IMG/VR virus record: IMGVR_UViG_3300037420_002493
Location: 10,055 to 74,054 of that record
Length of the DNA stretch: 64,000 bases
Strand: one strand, 5' to 3'
Source: a virus
Taxonomy: Duplodnaviria > Caudoviricetes
Below the pieces are notes generated by a model. That model had not been told where the DNA came from and searched no databases. It worked only from the letters and a program-made list of their open reading frames with translations. Numbering within the stretch: position 1 is the first letter of the stretch; each line of letters starts with the position of its first letter. Of this stretch, positions 56,062 through 64,000 are shown in pieces. The position numbers and the translations under genes are program-made.

Positions 56062-56387
56062 TTGTGGTTGGTTACAGGGGGCGCAATTCGCTCCCCTGTT
56101 AGGGAAATCCTTTCGCGCATCACATCAACACAGTCCTCAAGGGTGAATGGCTTCCCGTCGGGAAACTTTAAAATTTTGGATTCCACGATCGCAATTAGCG
56201 TATCGGGGGCAACACTGTTTGCCCAAATCCCTCGTTCCAGCGTGTTGATTTGGGACGTGCCAATCTCGATATCGGTTTGCTGGGCCAACCAAGTTGCAAA
56301 CTCAGCCTGATTCAGGTCTAGAGCCTGTCTTGCCCCTCGGACAGCCATTCCAAATCGCTTCTTCCCCGCATCTGTAACTCCGCTCAT
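56058..56387 (-). CDS. XRE-like HTH repressor
   Basis: FGMAVRGARQALDLNQAEFA..INTLERG. Confidence 0.75.
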   Translation of the reverse strand: MSGVTDAGKKRFGMAVRGARQALDLNQAEFATWLAQQTDIEIGTSQINTLERGIWANSVAPDTLIAIVESKILKFPDGKPFTLEDCVDVMRERISLTGERIAPPVTNHN

Positions 56388-56593
56388 ATATCCTCTTTGT
56401 GCAGCTTCCGGCAGGCAGAACGACGGGAAGCTGCCCACATCGCCCTGCCCACTCTATTAAATCTCACTGTATCCGATCTGGCGGATAAATCAGATACCTT
56501 CTTTGAATTTTGGTTTTTGATCATTGATTTATCGATTGAGTGTGATAATCTAAGAAGCATTACACCCCTAACAGGCGTAACCCACAAGATTTC

Positions 56594-56731
56594 ATGAAAA
56601 AGAATAGCAACGTCCGGTACATCCCCAAGCCGCTATTAGCGCAGGTGGATGCCCTGATTCAGAGCTATCGCGTGCAGCAGGCGGAAGCTCAATTAAAGGA
56701 ACTGTTATCTACCAAAAAAGAAGCTGCATAA
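56594..56731 (+). CDS. 45 aa Cro-position protein (below ORF-track cutoff)
   Basis: MKKNSNVRYIPKPLLAQVDALIQSYR..; divergent from 56058-56387. Confidence 0.5.
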   Translation: MKKNSNVRYIPKPLLAQVDALIQSYRVQQAEAQLKELLSTKKEAA

Positions 56732-56848
56732 GCAAAGCGACTGCCCCGATCCCCATCAGCTCAGTCGCTTTACCAAGTAATTTAGAGTTGTCTAGCCACG
56801 ATAGCAAAACATCTCTAAATTGCAATCATCCCCGCGTAGGAGTTTGTA

Positions 56849-57154
56849 ATGTCTTTTGCTTGGCTTCCAGCATTTCAGCGTTTATGTTTGTCTTCTGCCG
56901 AAAGTAGCGCCACTCCAGAGTTCTCTTCTGGTGCTATTCAACCTGAAGAAGTGATTCTTAAAACCTTGTCAACATCCACACCACAGACTCTTGGTGAAAT
57001 TAAAGACGCCTTAAAGAACGCAGGGTTTGAGATGGATTATGCACCTCTTCAGGGCTTGATGAGGGTGCTTATTCATCAGAAAAAAGTTCGTCCTGACTGG
57101 CTCATCGGTGAGCCGCCCGTCAGAGTGTTTTTCTCTCTAAACAGTACCCGTTGA
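56849..57154 (+). CDS. Small wHTH-like protein
   Basis: AGGAG RBS; ends in a palindrome copy. Confidence 0.5.
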   Translation: MSFAWLPAFQRLCLSSAESSATPEFSSGAIQPEEVILKTLSTSTPQTLGEIKDALKNAGFEMDYAPLQGLMRVLIHQKKVRPDWLIGEPPVRVFFSLNSTR

Positions 57155-57218
57155 AATCGGTCATAGCTGACCGATTTGACGGGTTTTTTATTCGCTCTGC
57201 CCTTCAGCGAGAAAGGTT

Positions 57219-57677
57219 ATGTCTCAAGTCTTTATCTGTGTTTCCACATCCTTTGGTCAAGTTTGCAAGAAAATGAGTTCCGTTCAAGCGGAACTCACTC
57301 GCAGTGTGGCGATCGCGGTAAATCCAAACGGACTTATTGTGGCAAGGCTGTTCACAACCCAACGCTCGATCGTTGCCAAAGTGCAGTTAGAGCAATGGGT
57401 GAACCGAGAAAGCCAATTCGATACCCGCTACGTTCAATGCTCCATTCACACCTATGACAAGTTTGAGGTTGTTCCCGATCGAGGATCAGCCACACTCCGG
57501 AGAATTGAACTTGCTCTCAAGCGACTTCAGCCCTCTGAAGTGACTTTGCAGCGGCTACTTTCGGAAGCGGAGATTCCGGAGTACGTATTTCAGAGATACT
57601 TCGACGAATGCAAGTTGCTGGGCTTGATTTCTGCCACTCCGCAGCGCGAGATTTATCTCGTCAAAGGAGCAGCTTGA
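57219..57677 (+). CDS. Hypothetical protein
   Basis: 152 aa; AAGG upstream. Confidence 0.5.
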   Translation: MSQVFICVSTSFGQVCKKMSSVQAELTRSVAIAVNPNGLIVARLFTTQRSIVAKVQLEQWVNRESQFDTRYVQCSIHTYDKFEVVPDRGSATLRRIELALKRLQPSEVTLQRLLSEAEIPEYVFQRYFDECKLLGLISATPQREIYLVKGAA

Positions 57678-58051
57678 TGGAGGTTTACAAACTTTACCAC
57701 CTCGAACTTCAGCAGTTGTTGCCCACCTGCCTTTGGGCACAAAATCAAATTCGTCAAAACCTTGCTCCTAAGTGTCTTGGCGCAGACACGTTAATGGCGT
57801 TGCAAGCTACTGAGTGGAAATGGGTGACCGAGCGAATGCCGGAGCCAATGTTACAGGTGTTCTATCAGGGTGACGCAGTCCTATGCCACGCCTCGTTTCA
57901 CTCCAATCTAGTCATGTTTGCTATGTTTATCCGCTCCATCACAGGGATTGGACTGATCACGATCGTTGGCAACGACGGCATGTGGCGGCTGAGCTTTGAT
58001 CGGGCAAACAACAAGTGGATTCACGAATCGCTCTACGAGGAATCGCGATGA
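57677..58051 (+). CDS. Hypothetical protein
   Basis: TGATG coupling. Confidence 0.5.
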   Translation: MEVYKLYHLELQQLLPTCLWAQNQIRQNLAPKCLGADTLMALQATEWKWVTERMPEPMLQVFYQGDAVLCHASFHSNLVMFAMFIRSITGIGLITIVGNDGMWRLSFDRANNKWIHESLYEESR

Positions 58052-58236
58052 AAACATGGCGTGAAATCGAAGCGATTAACAGTAGAGGAATGGGTGTCTC
58101 TCGCCCCTGCAATCATCCCAACAAACTAATTGGTCTCCATGAGATTGGCTGTCTGCACTGCCGAGTTTGGTGGTACGACGCTCGCCAGCGCGAAGTTCTC
58201 AAACGTACAGCCATTGCCATCCAAAACGCCGCTTAA
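58048..58236 (+). CDS. Small Cys-containing protein
   Basis: ATGA coupling; CxH..CxxC. Confidence 0.45.
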   Translation: MKTWREIEAINSRGMGVSRPCNHPNKLIGLHEIGCLHCRVWWYDARQREVLKRTAIAIQNAA

Positions 58237-58260
58237 CCTTACCAAATCGTCACCTGAATT

Positions 58261-60072
58261 ATGCCAACTGCGACAACACGAAAAAGGAATCCATCATCGC
58301 TTAACGATCGCGAGAGGGAACCCAAAACCGTTAAAGACTTGTCGATCGAGCCGACCGTTCCAGACCTCGAATATGTTGATTTTCCCAAACCCGTTCCTGT
58401 GATTTGGCGCGGTGCCAATAATCGGAGAACCGAGGGACGTGCGACCGCTGCCAACAAAAAGGAGATGGTTCGGATCGACCATGCTAACGGACAAAGCGAT
58501 ACGCCCGTTTCTCGACTCATTAAGTGGGGAGATTTAGAAATCGGTGCGTCTGCCCGAATTGAAGCGATCGACCCAAGCGACAAATGCAACGGGCAACGCT
58601 GCAAAATCTATAAGTTCAATCTGAGAGCCTACGGACCGTATCAAGGGCAAGTCGCTGTATTGGTTCAAGTTGGTAGCAAGACGTTTTCATATCTTCCGAG
58701 CGAGTTGAAGCTGGAAGTCGAAAGCAGTGCGATCGAGAAGTCAGACTCTGCACTCGCTAACACACCAGACATCGCTACTGAAGTTGAGGCGATTAACTCC
58801 GAGCTGAACGAGACAGAAGCCACATTTGTCAATGCAGGCAGAGCCACTCTGTCTTTGTATAAGCTGTTGGGCGAGAAGTTGACTGTTGCGCGCCAAGATC
58901 CTGAGATTGGGGGTTATGGCAAATGGGGAAATTGGCTCAAAGCCCGAAATGTTGAGGAAAATCGCGCCAAGCGTGCCATCCGAATTGCTGATCCCGAAAA
59001 TTGGAGCAAGTTAGAAGCGATCGCCGCGTCAAATGGGTCAGCCGTGACCGATTTCACCCTCACAGATGCGCTAAATGCTCTAGCCGAAAAGCGTCTCCCT
59101 TCTGCTCCAGAAGAATCACCCCTCGATCGTGAGCAAGTCGCTGAACTCTTTCAGCCGTGGGGAGAGTTCAAAGCAAATTCTGGCAGCAATGCCAAATTCT
59201 ACCCCTTTGTTTTAGAGCGTCCTGGCGGAGCAAAGTGCTTCCGTAGCCTAAGTCAGGCTGTCGATTGGCACAACGAACACTGCAATGATGGCAATCGCCT
59301 TGATGCTCCTAAACCTCAGTCCTCAGCCCCTGTATACGGTGCCGTTCCCTTTGCTCCTAATCCAGAGCGGGTTGCTCAGCTTAATCAGCAGTTAGCTGAA
59401 AAGGTGGAGTTTACCCCAGCAGAGACGGCGGCAAAGGTAATGCCTGATTTGTCTCATGCTGCGATCGTGATTACCTCTCAGGAAGAGATTCAAGAAGAGG
59501 TTGAGGTAAGCATCATCCTTCCTCGCGTGGAAAATGATTTCTATCCCACTGCTCAAGCACTGACCGAACAGCTTCTAGAGGTTGTGGATATCGAAGGACA
59601 GATACTAGAGCCATGTGCAGGAGATGGAGCGATCGCAGATCTGTTCACTGGATTCATTGCTAACGAACCCTTCCCTCACGCCACCTTTCAGCCATGCTAT
59701 TCCCTCGACGCCACAGAACGCTCGACTTGGGAGCAGTTTGAGGCAGATGGCGGTTTTGATTGGGCAGTGACTAACCCACCATTTAATCTAGCTTCTAAAA
59801 TCCTGCCCCTCAGCTTTGAATATGCCCGCACTGGCGTTGCGTTCCTGCTGAGGCTCTCTTATCTAGAGCCATGCGACGATCGTGCAGATTGGCTCAAAGA
59901 GAATGCAGATCATCTCCGTCATGTAATTCCAGTTAGCCCCCGACCGAGATTTAGATCCGATTCCAATGGTTCAGACAGTGTGACCACCGCGTGGTTTGTT
60001 TGGCGCAAAGATTTTAGCTGGGAAAAGCTTGGCATCCCTTGCCCGTTCACTTTTGTGCGCGGTTGGCGATAA
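58261..60072 (+). CDS. DUF3102-like domain fused to amino (N6A/N4C) DNA methyltransferase
   Basis: LGEKL..GKWGNWL..AKRAIRIA; ILEPCAGDGAIA; VTNPPF. Confidence 0.75.
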   Translation: MPTATTRKRNPSSLNDREREPKTVKDLSIEPTVPDLEYVDFPKPVPVIWRGANNRRTEGRATAANKKEMVRIDHANGQSDTPVSRLIKWGDLEIGASARIEAIDPSDKCNGQRCKIYKFNLRAYGPYQGQVAVLVQVGSKTFSYLPSELKLEVESSAIEKSDSALANTPDIATEVEAINSELNETEATFVNAGRATLSLYKLLGEKLTVARQDPEIGGYGKWGNWLKARNVEENRAKRAIRIADPENWSKLEAIAASNGSAVTDFTLTDALNALAEKRLPSAPEESPLDREQVAELFQPWGEFKANSGSNAKFYPFVLERPGGAKCFRSLSQAVDWHNEHCNDGNRLDAPKPQSSAPVYGAVPFAPNPERVAQLNQQLAEKVEFTPAETAAKVMPDLSHAAIVITSQEEIQEEVEVSIILPRVENDFYPTAQALTEQLLEVVDIEGQILEPCAGDGAIADLFTGFIANEPFPHATFQPCYSLDATERSTWEQFEADGGFDWAVTNPPFNLASKILPLSFEYARTGVAFLLRLSYLEPCDDRADWLKENADHLRHVIPVSPRPRFRSDSNGSDSVTTAWFVWRKDFSWEKLGIPCPFTFVRGWR

Positions 60073-60109
60073 GTCGGTTTCGATTACATACCCTACAACA
60101 GGAAAAACA

Positions 60110-60424
60110 ATGCAAGAACAAATGGTTTCACTAGCAACGATGGGCAATGGTGCAGTCATTGAGAGAGCGGATGAAGAAATTCAAAAAGTGCTGAGCAATA
60201 TCGTTGATCCCAACACCGACCCAACCAAAGTTAGAGAGGTCACGATTAAGCTCACCATCCGACCGAACGAAGATCGTGACGTTGCTTCGGTTCATATTGG
60301 CGTTTCCTCAAAACTCGCTTCAGCAATGCCTGTTCACACCACCATGATGATTGGTCATAGCGGAAAACTTGTTGCTGCCACCGAACGCTACAACGACAAA
60401 GATACCCCTGTTTATCAGGACTAA
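60110..60424 (+). CDS. Conserved phage protein (pairs with next gene)
   Basis: QKVLSNIVDPNT..REVTIKLTI..SSKLA. Confidence 0.65.
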   Translation: MQEQMVSLATMGNGAVIERADEEIQKVLSNIVDPNTDPTKVREVTIKLTIRPNEDRDVASVHIGVSSKLASAMPVHTTMMIGHSGKLVAATERYNDKDTPVYQD

Positions 60425-60462
60425 TTTCCGCTGACCTCGTTCACCCTGATTTAGGATTTTAT

Positions 60463-61194
60463 ATGTCAGATATGTTTACTTCTCTCGTCCAAGCAATTCA
60501 AGAATCCGTCCAGGCAAACGAATTGCTTGTTTCAGATGCAGGCTACACCACTCGCCCGCTTTATCTTCCCCCGATCGAACCCACTGTTAAGCCGCTAACC
60601 ATTCATACCCTCAGCGGGCTGGTGGATTACCTCAAAAGCGATAAAGATGGCATTCGTGATAGCGCATCCATTCATGTTGTAAATCCCATGCGCGTCGAGG
60701 TGATTGGCTCACCTCAAGGACGACACAAAAGCCGTGAAACTTATGTGGTTTGCGATTGCTCTGATATTGTGGGCAGCGGCTTCACGTTCAGGCAGTTCCA
60801 AACAACGGAGCAATTTATTATCAATTTGCAATCTCAGTTCCTGCCCAGTGAGATGCGCGATCGTATCTTGCAAGTCGTTGGCAACATCAAAGAAGAATCG
60901 GTTAGACAGACCAACGACGATGGGGTGACTCAAACCGTTGTGGCTAAAGCGGGTATTGCCCGCGTGGAAAATGTTACAGTCCCCAGCCCTGTCATTCTCA
61001 AGCCCTACCGCACGTTCCGTGAGGTTGAGCAACCTGAGTCGAGTTTCGTGCTGCGACTCCAGCCAGGGCGGAACGGAGATATGCCGCAGTGTGCTTTGTT
61101 TGAAGCCGACGGCAAGCAGTGGAAATTGTCCGCGATCGATAACATCGCGCAATGGTTGAGCGGACTGCTCGAAGATATGCCGATCATCGCTTAA
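60463..61194 (+). CDS. Conserved phage protein (DUF2303/YfdQ-like)
   Basis: TLSGLVDYL; NDDGVTQ; LKPYRTFREVEQPES; ALFEADG. Confidence 0.65.
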   Translation: MSDMFTSLVQAIQESVQANELLVSDAGYTTRPLYLPPIEPTVKPLTIHTLSGLVDYLKSDKDGIRDSASIHVVNPMRVEVIGSPQGRHKSRETYVVCDCSDIVGSGFTFRQFQTTEQFIINLQSQFLPSEMRDRILQVVGNIKEESVRQTNDDGVTQTVVAKAGIARVENVTVPSPVILKPYRTFREVEQPESSFVLRLQPGRNGDMPQCALFEADGKQWKLSAIDNIAQWLSGLLEDMPIIA

Positions 61195-61198
61195 GGCT

Positions 61199-62338
61199 AT
61201 GACTTACGGAACCCCTGTTAAAGAAGCAATTCTTAGGGTTGTGCAAGAATCGCCTGGCATTTCGTTTGAGCAGTTAGCAACGCGCATCGGCGTTTGTGCA
61301 AGAACGCCCGCAGGACGCCTAAATAGCTCTCTAAATCAAACCTTATCCCACCTTGAGAAAGACGGACACATCGAACGGAAGCATCCTGAGTTTGCTAAAG
61401 GTCACGAGCCAAAGCGCATTTATCCCGCTGGCTACGTCCCCCAGAGACGGAAACGTCCTCTCTTTCAAAAGGTTAATCCACCCCCTGTCACCGTCCGTCG
61501 AGCTACGCCAGAGGAGTTAAATTCATCCCAGCGTAAACCTACAGTTCGAGCACTGCAACGAGAACCAATAGAAGATATGGGAAGTAAACACGAAACTCAA
61601 CGCGCAGAATTAGAGGCGGCTCTCGAAAAGTTCACTTTGTCAGGGAAAGAGTTCTCGATCGGGCATGTGTGCCGAGCTGCCAACCTAACCACAAACCACC
61701 TCACAAAATTTCCTGAATTGGGACAGCGCATTCGAGAAGCCGCGCGGAATTCTCAAGAACGAGCCAAGCTCGATAAAATCACTCGCGTTGAATTTGCCCT
61801 TGATGCTGCCATTCGCAAAGGAACACCCTTTACCAAGGCGGAGATAGCGCGCACTGCAAACGTCGATGTCAACTTCATTGATGCGCTTCCCGAATTGAAA
61901 GACAAGATTCGGGAAGCCGTTCACAACCCCCAAGACAACTCAGAGCCTATGCCTGAAACAGATAAGGCAGACATTGCTTCTGCTGCTCAAGCTGAAGAGT
62001 TGCGCTATCAGCTCGATCGGTTAAAACAGCAGCTTCACGACTCGAATGAGCGCAATCGTGAACTGAGGCAGCAACTTGCCGAGGCGCAGGAAAAGCAGCC
62101 GCAGATTGTTCAAAGCCCTTTAGATGCGTTCCGGTTGGGGCTGACATCGCATGAACAGAGGTTAGCTGAGTTACATGATCGGGCGGTTCGGTTGAGCAAT
62201 CACCTGGAAATGCTAAATGAGCAAATTGCTCAAGAAGAGGCAACGATGTCGCACTATCGAACGCTCCTCGAGATTGAGAGCCGCGCAATTCCATCGCCAA
62301 CCAACGGCAATTCTAAGAAAGTTGAGATTCCAACATGA
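61199..62338 (+). CDS. wHTH plus repeated HTH-like modules plus coiled coil
   Basis: ISFEQLATRIG; FSIGHVCRAA / FTKAEIARTA repeats. Confidence 0.6.
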   Translation: MTYGTPVKEAILRVVQESPGISFEQLATRIGVCARTPAGRLNSSLNQTLSHLEKDGHIERKHPEFAKGHEPKRIYPAGYVPQRRKRPLFQKVNPPPVTVRRATPEELNSSQRKPTVRALQREPIEDMGSKHETQRAELEAALEKFTLSGKEFSIGHVCRAANLTTNHLTKFPELGQRIREAARNSQERAKLDKITRVEFALDAAIRKGTPFTKAEIARTANVDVNFIDALPELKDKIREAVHNPQDNSEPMPETDKADIASAAQAEELRYQLDRLKQQLHDSNERNRELRQQLAEAQEKQPQIVQSPLDAFRLGLTSHEQRLAELHDRAVRLSNHLEMLNEQIAQEEATMSHYRTLLEIESRAIPSPTNGNSKKVEIPT

Positions 62339-62601
62339 CCTACTGTATTGGCCCTAACTGTAATGTCAGCATTGAGTCCGAGATTCCAGCACCGCTGCAT
62401 AACTCGCTGAATCATTTTTTGGAGCAGTGCCCTGAGTGGAGTCACGATCGGGTGGTCACCGCTGCTCTATCCCTATTCCTGCTTCAGAACCGCATGACCA
62501 ACGACAAACAAACCGCCCGCATTTATCTCGATTCCCTATTCAAAGTTCCGGTGGTAACTGATGACCGTTTACACCTTCCAGGAGCAGAAACAGAAGGGTG
62601 A
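62335..62601 (+). CDS. DUF2811-like cyanobacterial protein
   Basis: EIPAPLHNSL..PEWSHDRVVTAALSLFLLQN. Confidence 0.75.
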   Translation: MTYCIGPNCNVSIESEIPAPLHNSLNHFLEQCPEWSHDRVVTAALSLFLLQNRMTNDKQTARIYLDSLFKVPVVTDDRLHLPGAETEG

Positions 62602-63046
62602 GATTGGGGAAAGGGTTTTAGATGGCTATATCACCCGTTGTTATCACCTTGTCCCCGCAAATCGCTTTCAGCAGAAGTGTGGAATCGATCGAATTCTCTA
62701 CCTCAAAGACAACGGACGCCCAATCTATTTGGAATACAAAACCGATTGGAAAGCGGACACGACGGGCAATGCGTTTATCGAAACAGTTTCTGCTGATGCA
62801 GCCCGTAAAGCACGCGGCTGGTCAACTACAAGCAAAGCAGACATCCTAATTTACTACTTGCCTCCCAGTGGAAGAATCTACATTACGCCAATGATGCGGC
62901 TCCGCGATCGTCTCGAAGATTGGATAGCTCACCACCGAAGCCGTACCGCTCCAAACGAAAAATATTGCACTCACGGTCTCCTAGTTCCACTGTCTGAACT
63001 AGCCAGTATTTCAGAACTCGCTAAAATTCCACCTCGCAATTTATGA
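62561..63046 (+). CDS. PD-(D/E)xK nuclease-like protein
   Basis: GEIGE; GIDR; LEYKTD; NAFIET. Confidence 0.65.
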   Translation: MTVYTFQEQKQKGEIGERVLDGYITRCYHLVPANRFQQKCGIDRILYLKDNGRPIYLEYKTDWKADTTGNAFIETVSADAARKARGWSTTSKADILIYYLPPSGRIYITPMMRLRDRLEDWIAHHRSRTAPNEKYCTHGLLVPLSELASISELAKIPPRNL

Positions 63047-63798
63047 AACACTCAGATTTAGAATCTGTTGTCACTGTTCGCGCTCCAGGCGGGCAAACAA
63101 CCGCACTCACCAGTCGAGACTTACGTAACGCTACGATCGATGTGAAACGAAACGCTCAAATCGGTCAGCGTGACCGATTTGAGATTCAAGGCACTCAACT
63201 AGAGCTGGTCAATCAGAAGATGCTAAGTCTTCCCGTCGATTTCTATCCCAACTTTCTCTCGCCTCAAGAAGCGGATTGGCTGTTTGAGCAGAGTCAACAG
63301 CTGCACTGGCAGCAGAACAAAATTCGTATGCTGGGTAAGTGGATGGATATACCCCGCTTAGAAGCTATCTACGGCGATGAAGGCTGTGACTATCTCTACA
63401 GTAAGACTGTTTTGCTTCAGCCATTGCCGTGGGCAGAGTGCTTGCAATGGTTAAGAGAGAAGGTTGAGGCTCACACTGGCTATCGCTTCAATATCGTCAT
63501 CGGCAATCGTTATCGTAACGGGAAAGACTCCATTGGGTGGCACGCGGACAAAGAACCAACGATGGGAGAGAAGCCCGCGATCGCATCCATTTCGCTGGGG
63601 GCAACACGCAAATTCAGCCTCAAACCCAAGGGAAGTCGGGGCGTGACGCAGCATTTTGAGTTAGAGCATGGGTCGCTCGTATTTATGAACCCCGGATGCC
63701 AGACCTCTCATCAGCACTGCGTCCCGAAAACCAGCAAGCCCGTGGGCGAGCGAATCAATTGGACATTTAGACCGCATATCAATGGCAGAGATGATTGA
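63043..63798 (+). CDS. alkB: AlkB (ALKBH2-like) 2OG-Fe(II) dioxygenase
   Basis: IPRLEA.YGD; YRNGKDSIGWHAD; SLGATRKF; HCVPK; RINWTFR. Confidence 0.9.
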   Translation: MKHSDLESVVTVRAPGGQTTALTSRDLRNATIDVKRNAQIGQRDRFEIQGTQLELVNQKMLSLPVDFYPNFLSPQEADWLFEQSQQLHWQQNKIRMLGKWMDIPRLEAIYGDEGCDYLYSKTVLLQPLPWAECLQWLREKVEAHTGYRFNIVIGNRYRNGKDSIGWHADKEPTMGEKPAIASISLGATRKFSLKPKGSRGVTQHFELEHGSLVFMNPGCQTSHQHCVPKTSKPVGERINWTFRPHINGRDD

Positions 63799-64000
63799 GA
63801 TGCCAACTGAGGAAGATATTCAAGAAATTGCTGATAAATGCGGTGACACGCTGATTGAGCAGGTGCAAACACTTGCTAAACGTAAGGGTGTTGAGGTTTC
63901 AGTCAAGAAGATTTTGACTGCGGCTTTATCCCTGGTCGTGGCTGCGAAATGGCAGGTACAGAAGATTGTGATTTTGACTGCCCTTACCGCGATCGTCTGA
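63782..64000 (+). CDS. Hypothetical protein
   Basis: 72 aa at window end. Confidence 0.4.
   Translation: MAEMIEMPTEEDIQEIADKCGDTLIEQVQTLAKRKGVEVSVKKILTAALSLVVAAKWQVQKIVILTALTAIV

Larger units (their letters stand above)
897..63180. repeat. Dispersed palindrome AAATCGGTCA-N3/4-TGACCGATTT, 20 copies
   Basis: Copies start at 897, 10151, 18119, 20294, 21586, 23296, 24092, 28313, 30159, 32854, 38695, 39710, 40138, 44229, 48695, 50437, 51458, 57154, 59031, 63158; half-site at 19615; degenerate copy at 52707. Confidence 0.95.

Noticed and set aside
897-63180. Dispersed palindromes as a CRISPR array or integron attC array
   Set aside because: Spacing is irregular (hundreds to thousands of bp); no GTTRRRY/RYYYAAC cores or integron integrase.
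55-63654. Many 60-160 aa antisense or nested ORFs in the track
   Set aside because: They overlap well-supported genes in other frames and show no motifs.
1-64000. HIP1 octamer abundance as a novel repeat
   Set aside because: Well-known cyanobacterial genome signature; used only as host evidence.
1-64000. Integrase, Mu transposase or att sites
   Set aside because: No tyrosine/serine recombinase or DDE motifs recognised, so prophage boundaries cannot be assigned.

Overview
A 64 kb stretch of a temperate cyanobacterial phage or prophage. Host type is inferred from abundant HIP1 GCGATCGC octamers, a DUF2811-like gene and a SigF-like sigma factor. Left to right: a rearranged Mu-like head/neck module (terminase C-terminus, gpG, protease/scaffold, capsid, gp36/37, tail tube, portal), an accessory island, head-associated genes (ADP-ribosyltransferase, pyrophosphatase-like, gpF-like), virion and lysis genes, a membrane-protein/ATPase operon, an orphan tnpB, thyX-dnaB-initiator replication genes, early-gene cassettes, repressors, a DNA methyltransferase and an AlkB-like gene. 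No integrase, transposase, tape measure or cas1/cas2 is visible. The standout is at 12.15-14.32 kb: a TnpB-derived type V-like effector with a rearranged RuvC-II site, whose 3' end runs into a 4-repeat/3-spacer mini CRISPR array. Two spacers clearly, and the short third one weakly, read as codon-level homologs of this phage's own head genes. Mismatches fall mostly at wobble positions and all three self-homologs have a 5'-ATN flank, which suggests an RNA-guided weapon against related phages. A 23-24 bp palindrome (AAATCGGTCA-N3/4-TGACCGATTT) occurs 20 times, mostly at gene or cassette boundaries. All family assignments come from motif recognition by eye; no database search was run.
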